Below, piece after piece: positions 37,271 to 50,165 of a DNA stretch of 64,000 nt; position 1 is the first letter of the stretch, and each line of letters begins with the position of its first letter. This stretch comes from Squalus acanthias (lineage: Eukaryota). The notes beneath the pieces were generated by a model. It had not been told where the DNA came from. It did not search any database and was given only the letters and a program-made list of their open reading frames with translations. The stretch lies in assembly GCA_030390025.1 (NCBI GenBank), contig CM059432.1, forward strand, positions 91,948,001 to 92,012,000, read 5' to 3'. Both the position numbers and the translations under genes were made by a program.

Positions 37271-39229
37271 ACAGGTATATGTGACATAAAGGTACACAAC
37301 GTGAAACCCCATCAATATTTCTTATCCATTTTCTTTGGTTTCTACAGTAAATCCACCTTGGAGGACTGATTGATTTGGAGTAAGTAGCACGGAGTCCAGT
37401 TCGACGGCATACTGCTTCTACAGAGTACTAAACTTGGAATTTGGTGAGTGAAGGAATTTTAAGGGTCGATCTCTTTCTAATATTTAGTTAAGTTTTGCAT
37501 TTAGCATTTAATTTAACTTTAACCTTAACTTGTAGTTTCTTTCCCAATGTTAGGCAGTGGTAAACAAGCTGCCTGCTAGTGGCAGTTGCACAGTTAATTA
37601 GGTGGCTAGCTAGAACTGGTACCTGGTAATTACTGTCAGCAGGGGATGACTCAGGTCTCTGGAATTCCTGCTAATGCATGGAGTAAGCAGCATGGAGTAC
37701 TGCTTCTACAGAATACTAAACTCAGAATTTGGTGAGTGGTGGAATTCGATGCATTGAGGGAAGTGGTGCTGTTCTGGTATTTTTTTTAAAAAGGAGCGGA
37801 CCGAGAGAGGGAGTGTGAGACAGTGATACCTGAGAGTTAAGGTCTAGAGACATTAATTAAAAGTAATAGTTTAAACAAGATACTAATTCGCTTCTGAAAG
37901 AGGAAATAGACATTTTTTAGATCATGAATGGGCAGCTGATACCTGTTGATTGCAATTCCTGCGCCATGTGGGAACTTCAGGACACTTCATGTGTCTTGAG
38001 GGACCATATGTGTAGGAAGTGTTTCCAACTGCTTGAGCTCGAGCTCAGGGTATCTGAGCTTGAGGGGCAGCTGGAGCATCAGGGAGGCTGAGAGTTTCCT
38101 GGACTGTACGTTCCAGGAGGTGGCCACCCCACAGGCAGAGAGAGTTCAGGAAAGTAAATGGGTGGCCATCCGGAAGTGTAGGAAAAGGCAGGAAGTGCAG
38201 GAGTCTTCGGGGTGAGTCTCACTCTCAAACCGGTACGCAGCATTGGAGATTGCTGGGAGTGACGACACCTTGAAGGAGTGCAGTCCAGACCATGGCACCA
38301 ATGGGCAAGGGACTGCACAGGGGGGAACAGCAAAGTGTCGAAATGCAGTCATTATAGGAGATTCCATAGTTAGGGGGACAGGCAGGCGTTTCTGTAACCG
38401 TCACCGTGAGTCCCGCATGGTGTGTTACCTCCCTGGTGCCAGGGTAAAGGACATCACGGAGAGGGTGCAGAATATTCTGCAGGGGGAAGGGAGTGAGCCA
38501 GAAGTTGTGGTGCACATCGGTACCAATGACATAGAGAGAACAGGTATTGAGGTCCTACAGTCAGACTTTCAGGAGCTAGGGAGGAAGTTAAAAAGTAGGA
38601 CCTCAAAGGTAGTAATCTCTGGATTACTCCCAGTGCCACACACCAGCGAGAGTAGAAATAGGAAGATAGGGAGGATCAATGTGTGGCTTGAGGCATGGTG
38701 CAGTAGGGAGGGCTTCAGATTCTTGGGGCATTAGGACCAGTTCTGGGGCAGGAGGCACCTATTCAAAAGGAATAGGTTGCACCTCAACAGGACTGGGACC
38801 AATGTCCTCGTGGGGAGGTTCACTAGTGTGGTTCGGGAGGGTTTAAACTAAATTGGCAGGGGTGTGGGCACCAGCATATAGAAGTAGAAAAGAGGAATAA
38901 GGTGCATAAAGGAGGGAGAGTATTGGATAGTACTAGAGAAGGAAGTAGTACCATATTAGATAGGTGCAGACTAAGGTGCAGACTAAGAAGGACTATGAGG
39001 AATACAAAGACAGGTTTGGAGTGCATGTATGTAAACGCACAAAGTGTGGTGAATTAAGGCTAGTGAGCTACAAGCACAATTAGCCGTGTGGGCATATGAT
39101 GTTGTGGCAATAACGGAAACATGGCTTTAAAACGGTGAGGACTGGGTGCTTGATATTCACGGATACAAGGTGTTCAGAAAAGATAGGGAAGGAAAAAAGT
39201 GAGGTGGGGTGGCAGTGCTGATTAGGGAA

Positions 39230-39629
39230 AAAAATGAGAAGTTGCACAACACCAGGTTATAGTCCAACAGATTTATTTTAAATTACAAGCTTTCGGAGCT
39301 GTCGCCCCTTCCTCAGGTAAAGTTACAATGAGTGAATCTGCAGACAGCAGGATTTGACACGTTGGACCCCCTGTGACACATCTCATTGTCTTGGCTGTGC
39401 TCTTGGTGTGTCTTTGATGTAAGGACACCTTCCCTGAAAGATTGTATCTCTGCAGTTTCTGTGTTTATATACTGTGAAATATTGTAGATTCACTCATTGT
39501 AACTTTACCTGAGGAAGGGGCAACAGCTCCGAAAGCTTGTAATTTTAAATAAATCTGTTGGACTATAACCTGGTGTTGTGCGACTTCTCATTTTTGTCCA
39601 CCCCAGTCCAACGCCGGCATCTCCGCATC
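39230..39629 (+). mobile_element. Non-autonomous Penelope-like foldback element, copy 2
   Basis: ~113-bp inverted arms, TSD ctgattagggaa, same central core and 3' extension as copy 1. Confidence 0.85.
39505..39542 (+). ncRNA. Minimal type I hammerhead ribozyme (mirror copy on the minus strand at 39283-39320)
   Basis: ttac-CTGAGGA-a-ggggc(aaca)gctcc-GAAA-gc-TT-gtaa. Confidence 0.72.
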
Positions 39630-40409
39630 CTGATTAGGGAAGACATTGTAGTGTAGGGAAGACATTGTAGTGTTGGAAAGAGAGGATGTCCTTGAGGGAG
39701 CAAGGACAGAAGCCATTTGGTTAGAGTTGAGAAGCAAAAAGGGTATGATCACACTATTGGGGGTATTCTATAGGCCTCCAAATAGTGTGAGAGAGATAGA
39801 GGAGCAAATCTGCAGGGAAATCACAGAGATGTGCAAGAACTATAGAGTGGTGATATTGGGGGACTTTAATTGCCCAAATATCGATTGAGATAATGTTAGA
39901 GTAAAGGGGAAGGAGGGGGAGGAATTTCTGAAATATCTTCAGGAGAACTTCCTTGACCAGTATGTTCTCGGCCCAACTAGGAAGGAGGCATTGCTGGTGC
40001 TGGGGAATGAGGTGGGACAAGTGGACCAGTGTCTGTGGGAGAACACTTGGGTAAGAGTGATCATTGTATCATAAGGTTTAGATTAGTAATGGAGACGAGC
40101 AAGGAACAATCTAAAGCAGACCTTCTAAATTGGAAGAGGGCTAACTTCAATGGGATGAGAGGGGATCTAGCCAGGGTAAAATGGAACGAAAGATTGACAG
40201 GAAAATCTGTAACGGAACAATGGGTGATCTTTAAGGAGGAGATGTTTCAGGTACAAGCTAGGTACATTCCAACAAGAGGGAATGGTAAGGGAACCAAAGC
40301 CAGGACTCCTTGGATAACGAAGGAGATAGAGAATATGATGAAACAAAAAAAGAGGGTGTATGATGCATGTCAGGTGAATTCTTCAAGTGAGAACCAGGCC
40401 AAATACAAT

Positions 40410-41175
40410 TGCCCAAAAATTCGGCCGTTCTCGGGTGAGTACTCAGTGCGTACTCACCCGTATTCATTCCTGAAGTGCCGGTTTCCTGCATGCACTGCGC
40501 ATACGCGGGAAACCGGCACTTCCGGTATGGCGAAGGGGGCAGGTTCCTAGGTGAACCGCGTGCGCACTAGAGGCTGCGCGCACGCAGCACACTTAGGTTT
40601 TTTTTCAGGTTTCAACGCGAGGGTAAGTATTGAAGATTCTACGCTAGTAAAAAGGAGGCGTAAGACCCCTTTTGAACAAGGTAAGTAGTTAATTAAGTAT
40701 AATTTAAAAAAAATTTCAACAGGTTTATCTTTTTTAGAGACTTTAAAGAAAGGTAAGTTTATTTTTATAACTTTTAAAAAGTATTTTAATTTTTTCAAAA
40801 ATTTAAATTTTTGTTTAAAGTGGTTAATTTATTTAACTATAGTTATTTTATTAATCTGATGGATTTTAAAAAAAATGTATTTGAGGTTTAGCTGTTCTTT
40901 TGGGGCCGATTTCAATTCACAGATTTGACAGGTCTCCTGTCAAATCTATGAATGAAAGATGGTCTGCTGCCATTGGCTCTCCATGGCCCACGTGATCCCA
41001 GGGGTCGCATCGCACTAACTGCGCCCCTGGGACACGCAAGCACTGTGCGCCGGCACTAGGGAGAGGCCCAGGACCCGAAGTTCCTGTGGGCCCGAAACAC
41101 AACGGCAGGCGCGGTGGGTAAGAGCGCGCACGATCCTTACCCCCGCGGCAAGCCTCCAAATCGAATTTCTAGGCC
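40410..41175 (+). mobile_element. Non-autonomous Harbinger element (~0.77 kb)
   Basis: TIR tgcccaaaaattcg / cgaatttctaggcc, TSD AAT. CR1 frame is restored on removal. Confidence 0.88.
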
Positions 41176-42505
41176 AATAAGTTGAGAGGGGAAGTGAAGA
41201 GAAAAATAAGACTGGCAAAGAGAGATTATGAGAATAGAATGGCAGTTAACATAAAAGGGAACCCAAAAATCTTCTACCGGCATGTAAATAGTAAGCGGGT
41301 ATTAAGAGGCGGGATGGAGGCCTATTAGGGACAAAGAAGGTGATATATGCTTAGAGGCACAGGGCAAGGCTAGAATACTTAAATGAGTACTTTGTATCAG
41401 TGTTTACTAAGGAAGAGGATGCTGACAAACTATCGGTAGAAGTAGAGATGGAGTAGAGGTAATGGATGGGGTGAAAATTGATAGGCAGGATGTACTGGAA
41501 AAGCTGGATATGCTGAGAGTGGATAAGTCGCCTGGTCCGGATGGCTTGCATCCCAGGTTGCTAAGGGAAGTAGGGGGTGGAGATAGTGGAAGGGCTTGCC
41601 ATAATCTTTCAATCTTCTCATGAGGTGTACAAGATTATGACGGGTTTGGATAAGGTAGACAGAGAAAGGCTGTTCCCATTAGCTGATGGTACAAGGACTA
41701 GGGGACACATATTTAAGGTTTTGGGCAAGAGATACAGGGGGGATGTGAGGAAGAACTTTTTTACGCAGAGTGGTAATGACCTGGAACTCGCTGTCGACAA
41801 GGGTGGTGGAAGCGGAGACAATCAATGATTTCAAAAGGAAATTGGATAGACACTTGTGGGAAATAAACTTGCAGGGCTGCGGGGATAGAGCGGGGGAATG
41901 GGACTGACTGGATTGCTCTACTGGCATGGATTCGATGGGCCGAATGGCCTCCTTCTGTGTCTTAATGACTCTATGACTATGGATGAGGAACATGCTGAAG
42001 GCTTACCAGGTATGCTAGGCTTTGTGGGTGGAATTGGTAGTCACCAACTTGGGAATCAAAACATGGAGGGTAGTGTTAATGATGCCAAAATGCTGAAGGC
42101 AGCAGCTGAAAGCTTTGGTAAAATTAAACATCTTTATGGAAATAAGGTTTCCCTTGACAAAATATGTGCCTCTTTCTTCAACTGGGTCCAGGTCCAGGGG
42201 AAACAGGAGATTGATCAAGCATTTGCGCTGGCCATGCAGGAGTTGTGATGTCAACATAATCAAAGAGATTCCACAGAGATGACCACAGGTGAATGAATAT
42301 GTGTTTCAAAGCCATTTCCTTGAAGGGCTGTAGGATCAAAACCAGTCTTGAGTCCTGAAAGATCAGACAGGCTGATAACATGCTCATGTTTGTGGTCATT
42401 AAAGAGGAGGGCATCCACAGGGAAAACAAAGGGGACTATGAAGGACCTTTAGGATCTTCCTTAAAACCTACCTGTTTGACCAAGCTTTTAATTACCCCTC
42501 CTAAT

Positions 42506-43268
42506 GGCCCGAAAATTAGACCTAATACGGGAGAGTACGCACTGTGTACTCTCGCGTATTAGGTCCCGAAGTGCCGGTTTCCTGCATGCACTGTGCATGC
42601 GCGGGAAACCAGCACTTCGGGTATTGCGAAGGGGGCGGTTCCTAAGTGAACCGCGTGCGCGCTACAGGTTGTGCGCACGCAGCGCACTTAGTTTTTTTTT
42701 CAGGTTTGAACGCGCAGGTAAGTGTTGAAGATTTTACACATAAAGAAAGCAGGCGTAAGACCCCCTTTTAACAAGGTAAGTAGTTAATTAAGTATTATTT
42801 TAAAATTTTTCAACAGGTTTATCTTTTTTAGAGACTTTAAAGAAAGGTAAGTTCATTTTTATAACTTTTAAAAAGAATTTAAAAAATTTCAAAAATTTAA
42901 ATTTTTGTTTAAAGTGGTTAATTTATTTAACTATAGTTATTTTATTAATGTGATGGTTTTTTTTAAATTTAATTGAGGTTTAGCTGTTCTTTTGGGGGCT
43001 TGTTGTATTCATAGTTTTGACAGCTCTTCCTGTCAAAACTATGAATGAAAGATGGTGTGCTGCCATTGGCTCTAACTGGCCCACGTGATCCCAGAGGTAG
43101 CATCGAACTAACTGCGCCTCTGGGACACGCACACACTGCGCGCCGGCACCAGGGAGAGGCCCAGGAACTGAAGTTCGTGTGGGCCAAAACCATAAAGGCA
43201 GGCGCAGAGTGCAATATCGCGGGGGATCCTTACCCCCGCGGCAACCATCGAAATCCAATTTCTGGGCC
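42506..43268 (+). mobile_element. Non-autonomous Harbinger element (~0.76 kb)
   Basis: TIR ggcccgaaaatt / aatttctgggcc, flanks AAT/ATT. Collinear with 40410-41175. Confidence 0.85.
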
Positions 43269-44254
43269 ATTGTCTCCTTCATTGCCTCTGTGTCGATTTT
43301 TGTCTGATTTACGCTGCTGTGAAGCGCTTTGGGACATTTTCCTACATTAAAGGTGCCATATAAATGCAAGTTGTTGTTGTTGTTGACAGACATCTTACTA
43401 GCGACTAGTTTCAGCAACTGTTTCCCTCCCAGCCAGAGGGACGCAGTTGTCGACCACTTCTTGATGCAGCACCAGATCCAGGACAGTGTGGGGGGGGGGA
43501 AGCACCAGGAGATGAGGAATTCCATGAAGAGGTTAAACAAAGAAGGTAGAGACTATGGAGAACTGTCAACTGATCAATAACAGATAACAGCATGTGACCT
43601 CTGTGACAGGAGGAGGTAGCTGCAATCCACTATGTAACATGGTGCCAGGTCTGGGGGGAGGGTGTCAATGAGAAGTGTGCCAGAATATGAAAAAGAACTT
43701 GGAGAAGTTCTGCAAAGAAAGAAGAATTGACAATAAGACCACGAGCAGGGGAGGAACAGCCGAAGTAGGCCAAGGTAATAGGCCATAATCTGACAGATCA
43801 GTTTGATGAGCATGGTAGACTCATCTGGCATAGATGTCAGAGACTACATCTTGGGGAGCATCAGTGTCTGGCCACCAGACCACCAATCACCTGAGCCAGC
43901 TTTATTAAACCAGTGCTGTCCATTGTTGAGAGTGAGACAATGTTAATGGAGACAGTTCTAACTAAGACACTTCCAGGACAAGCTCTCACCTAGTAGGGGA
44001 GAGCGCAGTAGTGTATCCTGGGAGTTTATTGGTTTTGAACCCTTTGAGATGGTAGACTTTCATTTCATTAATATCCTTTACATCTGATGTTGTGCTCCTG
44101 CATTTAGCCTTGCACCCAATGCACGAGCTGCACAGAATTGGGTAGGTAATATCACATTCCTGATTCAGTAAGAAAAAAAAATGGCTGTGCTGCAAGCCTC
44201 ATTCTAGCCCTAAAAATTCCCCATACTTGCCAGTTTAAAATAAAGAAAAAAAGA

Positions 44255-44600
44255 AAGACTTGCATTTATATAGCCACTTTCACAACCTCAGGATGTCCCA
44301 AAGCGCTTTACAATTAAGTACTTTTGAAGAGTAGACACTGTTGCAGGAAACACAGCAGCCAATTTGCACACAGCAAGGTCCCACAAACAGCAATGTGATA
44401 ATGATCAGATCACCTGTTTTAGTGATGTTGGTTGAATGATAAATATCGGCCAGGCCACTGGGGAGAACTCCCTTGCTCTTCTTTGAAATAATGCCATGGT
44501 ATCTTTTACGTCCACCTAAGAGGGAAGATGAGGCCTAGATTACATGCTCTCTGTAGTGGGACTTGAACCCACAACCTTCTGACTCAGAGGTAGGAGTGCT
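44255..44600 (-). mobile_element. Deu-domain tRNA-SINE, internally deleted
   Basis: Homologous to 31090-31493. Confidence 0.7.
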
Positions 44601-45648
44601 GCCATGGTGTTTGCTGAAGAATGTTGATTCATAAACTGCCTTTTCGCTTGCTTGCCATGCAATTGTTTCCACATATTGCTTGTACAATAGTTTTTCCTGC
44701 TATTTGTTGCACAGACGTCCAGCCACAGCATTCCTGCTGAAACCTCAGTTTCAACCACACTGCTCAGCCTACATTCCACTGAGCCTGCCAATGACTTTTC
44801 TGAATCTGGAGGAGGAAAGAGGAGTCCAGGCAAAAGAAAGATAGGCAGGTGCATTTGCATTTCAGGTATCTGATGCGCACCCACACTTGGCTCAGGAACT
44901 GCAATCTCCCACCCAACACGCAAAGGGCAGCTTGATCAGAAATTTGTGGGTACACTGGCTGTGATTTTTTCATCCAGTGTGGACAAAAAAATCAGGAGCC
45001 GTGTATGCCCACGATTTTGTGATAAGCCACCCACTGCATGCGAGGCCTGCTGGTGGCCCAGGGGCTTAGAAAATTACACCAACAGTCCGATTCTTCATTG
45101 ATATTTAATGAAGATGCTGTAGTATGATAATGTAAGAGTGAATCCACCCAAAATTATGTGTTACCTAACCATCGACCTATCTCTGTATAGATCTGATTTA
45201 TTTTGTTGAAGGCGTGTTGTAACCTATTTTTTGTGCATAACATTGAATATTATTTTGTTTCAGGGTGTGATCTTAGCAACCTCTGTTATGTTACAAAGGC
45301 TTGTTACAGTACTGCTGGCATTTGAGTAGTGAAGTGAATAGAAAACCACAGTTATACTGGCCAGTTGCCTGACTGAAGATTCAGGGTACCAAGCAGATGC
45401 TCGATTTCATGCACGACATTTTACTTATTGGCCTCTTACTTTCTCTTCAGATTTCCCTTCCTAGCCCCCTGCACCTCTTTCTTTTATTCTACTTTTTCTC
45501 CAACCCTCCTAAAGCGCCTTGACATGGTTTTTACATTAAAGGTATTATATAACTATAAGTTGTTGCTATTGAAGTTGAACTGTTCCTTTATTCTGCTTAT
45601 CTATTTTTTCTTCCCTTTCTGTAAAGCTTTCTACGTTAGAGATACTAT

Positions 45649-48600
45649 GGGGGGAATTTTTCGGGGGGTCAGCGTTGGCTGGTTGGGTGGGAAAATGTGG
45701 GTTTTTTTGACAGCGGGTCGGGACCCCGCTGTCAACCCGCTGCCACACACCACCTTTCCCAGATGTCGGTTATGTCCGCGCTGAACAGACCCGACATGCA
45801 GTGGCGGGGGAGGCAATTCAGGTCATTATGACCTTGTTAACAGCCCATTAAGAAGTATTTTGAGCTCGCCTTTCCATTTTACAGGTCGGGAGTTGTATGA
45901 CCATGGAATCATCTCATTACTTGACAGCTGCAAATGTGCTACAAAAGCTCCCATCTCACATTTGTTCACTTTCCAAGCTCAGAAGCCGTTGCTTACTTCA
46001 TTTGGAAGACAGATTGAGCTTTATGCAGGTTGCAAGTGTTTGGAATAAACACTCTATCCAGTGTCACCTCATTGGAACAACCTCTCTCACCATTGACAGA
46101 TTGCAGGATCAGTTGATTGCGGAGAAGGTTGATGATGTTGTTGGTGCTGCTGGTGTGCCTGGTGCTGCTGCTGATCGTGGTGGGATTCTGAGGACCAAGG
46201 TGACATAGTTTCAAGGGCACCGATGCTGATAAAGTAGATGGCAGGTGAACTTGAGATGACAGAAGCAATCTGTCAATGGGATTAGACAAAGTCAACATGG
46301 ATTTATGAAAGGGAAATCGTGTTTGACAAACCTACTGGAGTTTTTTGAGGATGTAACTGGTAGAATAGATAAGGGAGAACCAGTGGATGTGGTGTATTTG
46401 GATTTTCAGAAGGCCTTTGATAAAGTCCCACATAAGAGGTTAGTGTGCAAAATTAAAGCACATGGGATTGGAGGTAATATACTAGCATGCATTGAAAATT
46501 GGTTAACAGACAGAAAACAGAGAGTAGGAATAAATGGGCCTTTTTCGGGGTGGCAGGTGGTGACGAGTGGGGTACCATAGGGATCAGTGCTTGGGCCCCA
46601 GCTATTCACAATATATATCAATGATTTGGATGAGGGAGCCAAATGTAATATTTCCAAGTTTGCTGACGACACGAAACTAGGTGGGATTGTGAGTTGTGAG
46701 GAGCATGCAAAGAGGCTTCAAGGCGATTTAGACAAGTTGAGTGAGTGGGCAAAAACATGGCAGTATAACGTGGATAAATGTGAAGCTATCCACTTCGGTA
46801 GGAAAAACAGAAAGGTAGAGTATTATTTAAATTGTGCTAGATTGGGAAATGCTGATGTACAAAGGGACCTGGGTGTCCTTGTACACTAGTCACTGAAAGC
46901 AAACATGCAGGTGCAGCAAGCAGTTAGGAAGGCAAATGGTATGTTGGCCTTCATTGCAAGAGGATTTGAGTACAGGAGCAAAGATGTCTTACTACAGTTG
47001 TACAGGGCCTTGGTGAGACCACACCTGGAGTACTGTGTGCAATTTTGGTCTCCTTACCTAACAAAGGATATACTTGTCATAGAGGGAGTGCAGCGAAGGT
47101 TCACCAGACTGATTCCTGGGATGGCAGGACTGTCGTGTGAGGAGAGATTGGGTCGACTAGGCCTGTATTCACTAGAGTTTAGAAGAATGAGAGGGGATCT
47201 CATTGAAATGTATAAAATTCTGACAGGGCTAGACAGACTGGATGCAGGGAGGATGTTTCCCCTGGCTGGGGGGTCTAGATCGAGGGGTCACAGTCTCAGG
47301 ATACGAGGTAGGACATTTAGGACTGAGTTGAGGAGAAATTTCTTCACTCAGAGGATGGTGAACCTGTGGAATTCTCTACCACAGGAGGCTGTGGAGGCCA
47401 AGTCACTGAGTATATTTAAGAAGGCGATAGATAGATTTCTAGACACAAAAGGCATCAAGAGGTATGGGGAGAGAGCGGGAATATGGTATTGAGATAGAGG
47501 ATCAGCCATCATCATATTGAATGGCGGAGCAGGCTCGAAGGGTCGAATGGCCTACTCCTGCTCCTATTTTTCTATGTTTCTAGGACAGAGGGCATCAGCA
47601 CCTGACTACATTGCTGCTCAGGAGGCCAGGGATGGCCTCACCATGGCCAGATTTACTTCACTTGATGCTGTACACCCTGGCTGCCACATGATGCGCCAGG
47701 TTGGCACCACCCCACACCAATACCTCAAAGCATCCCTACAATGCCCAAGCCATTCCTTTCACACTCATCGCCATTGTGTTATGTCTCACCATTCACTGCA
47801 CCTCACTAAGCCACTTCCAAAGGTTCACACAAATCTGCCCAAGAACGCAAAGTGTTGAAAATAAAGATTTCAATGGTTGACAGCAAGTTAACAGAAAGTT
47901 CACATGAACATTGGCTAAAACACACAAGTGGCTACCCTTGTGTGTTGTTAGTTGGTATAATTGCACTAGGATGAGGGTGAGTGTGAGGGGTGGCTAGTGA
48001 GATGGGGATGTGATAATGTAGATAGAGAGGGATGGGTGGAGGAGCAAGGTAAGTTGGTGTGAGTAAGGATGTGCAGGAGTAGGGTAGGGAAGGCAGAGTG
48101 ATGGGGATGTGATGAGTGGCACAGCATGATGAGGTTGAGTGTGGCTTTGCAGTAACGTTTCGTGATCTACTAAGATCATTGAAAGGTTTGTGCCACTGCA
48201 GCCTGGTCCTCCTAACGACATCCTTACTTGTGTCCTCCTGTGCAATGTGCAACCAGGCTGCGTTGATCTCCTGGGGAGGTCTCTTCCGCCCAATGAAGGG
48301 AAGAGAATCTCCCTGTGTGCTGTGACTCCCTTCATAAGCATATGGAGGGAGTCATGGGAGAGCCTGGGTGCAACCGTGCACCTCTGTGCAGTGCTTGTCA
48401 GTGTTTGCAGCACCTCAATGCTGTAGAACACAGACAGCACAACTGTGAAAGTAAATTTGTGTATGGTCCCTTTAAGGAAACCGGCTGATGACATGTCATC
48501 AAATGACATCATCAGACCCACTTCCTTCAGTTGGCCGGCAAACGCGCTGGGCGGGCTTAACAAGCTCAATCAGAGGAAAATCATTTTGGACAGCGGGCTG

Positions 48601-48675
48601 GAGCCAGCAGCGGGGTCGGGACCCACCACCGACGTCGCCTGCCACGGACCTGCCGAGGTTTGTAAAATCCAGCCC
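45649..48675. mobile_element. Degenerate Harbinger deletion derivative with a Myb/SANT-like remnant (minus strand, ~48150-48380)
   Basis: Ends ggggggaatttt / aaaatccagccc, TSD TAT. Remnant APRLS..REILFP..RRTRLQWHKPFNDL. Confidence 0.65.
46285..47582 (+). mobile_element. 5'-truncated CR1 nested in the Harbinger derivative
   Basis: RT motifs including FADDTKL, plus a 3'UTR. Confidence 0.93.
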
Positions 48676-49276
48676 TATATAACCAAGTTATTGCTGATGA
48701 ACTTGAACTGCTGGCAGCTCTTTTCTGTCGATTGTTTTTTTTTAATGAAAATTAGAATTATACAGAAACTCATCTTTCAGGATAACAAAAATGTAAAGTT
48801 TTGGAATTCAGCATTGTTTAACAAAGATAGCACAAAAAACTACAGAAGCTGGACATTTGTAACAAAAACAGAAAGTGCTGGAAACACTCAGCTGATCAGT
48901 CATCATCCGGTACTGAATGACCAGCTGAGTGATTCCAGCACTTTCTGTTTGTTGTTAAGCAAAGACATCTGCTTTGGAGTAAAAAGGAGCCAGACTGTTT
49001 TTCATGTGCAGTATCCACAACTGAGGTTTCACAACTAATCAGCCCTTAGGTTATGGGGAATCCGTCTGGGTGTTACTACAGTAACTACCAGCAACAAAGA
49101 ACCAAAATTCTTTTCAGATCATGGGCATGTTTTATCTCCTCTGTAATGGCAGTTTGTTCACGTCAGATGCCAGATTTGTCCCTCACTGACTAAATGTTGA
49201 AATTCTGAGGTTAGTGCATTTTTGTAAGGGAAAGAGTACCTGGAATGGAATTAGTAGTCATTTGGTTTATAATGTA

Positions 49277-50165
49277 AAAGCAAAATACTACAGATGCTGG
49301 AAATCTGAAATAAAAATAGAAAATGCTGGAAATACCCTCCGCGCCACCCTGGTCCACTCCTCTATCACCCCCAACATCCCTTCCCCTCCCCACGGCACCT
49401 TCCCGTGCAAGCGCAGGAGATGCAACACCTGCCCTTTTACCTCCTCCCTTCCCACCGTCCAGGGCCCCAAACACTCCTTCCAGGTGAAACAGTGATTTAC
49501 TTGTACTACTTTCAATTTATTCGCTGTATTCGCTGCTCACGATGCGGTCTCCTTGACATTGGGGAGATCAAACGCAGATTGGGTGACCGCTTTGCGGAAT
49601 ATCTCCGTTCAGTCCGCAAGCGTGACCCTGAGCTTCCGGTCGCCTGTCACTTTAATTCTCCGCACCACTCCCACTCTGACCTCTCTGTCCTCGGCCTCCA
49701 TCACTGTTCCACTGAAGCTCAACGTAAGCTCGAGGAACAGCACCTCATCGTTCGATCAGGCACTTCGCAGCCTTCTGGACTCAACATTGAGTTCAACAAT
49801 TTCAGATCATAACCACTGCGCCCATTTTCTTTGACGGCAGCTGTTGGTGATGATTCTGCTATTCCCATTTACACCTCCTCTAGACCCATCTTTTGTTTCT
49901 TTACTTGTCCCATTACCATCTCCTTTTGCCTTGCACCATCATCCCTTTTTGTCATTTAATCTCTCCTGCCTTCCACCCTATCACAGACCTTCCCTTTTGT
50001 TCTTTTTCCCCCCTTCCCCCTTTCCCTGCCTCTGCACCTGCTTTAAAACCTGTTACATCTCTAACTTTTTCCAGTTCTGACAAAAGGTCATCGACCTGAA
50101 ACGTTAACTCTGTTTCTCTCTCCACAGATGCTGCCTGACCTGCTGAGTATTTCCAGCATTTTTTG
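49277..50165 (+). mobile_element. Penelope-like element 3' part (GIY-YIG endonuclease remnant, pLTR, inverted 5' pLTR piece)
   Basis: CIRCSRCGLLDIGEIKRRLGDRFAE..HFN motif, and a mutated hammerhead ctgacaa-aggtc(atc)gacct-gaaacgtt at ~50077-50110. Confidence 0.85.

Larger units (their letters stand above)
37370..41975 (+). mobile_element. Near full-span CR1: 5'UTR, ORF1 (Cys-rich knuckle/coiled coil + SGNH esterase), internally deleted ORF2
   Basis: IIGDSIVR..LPGARV..HIGTND esterase motifs (38243-38734), YRPPNS and GDFN endonuclease motifs, RT core missing near 41618, two nested insertions. Confidence 0.9.

Noticed and set aside
41980..42440. Gypsy gag/PNMA-like remnant
   Set aside because: Only a vague resemblance (FFNWVQ..FALAMQEL); no LTR or pol support.
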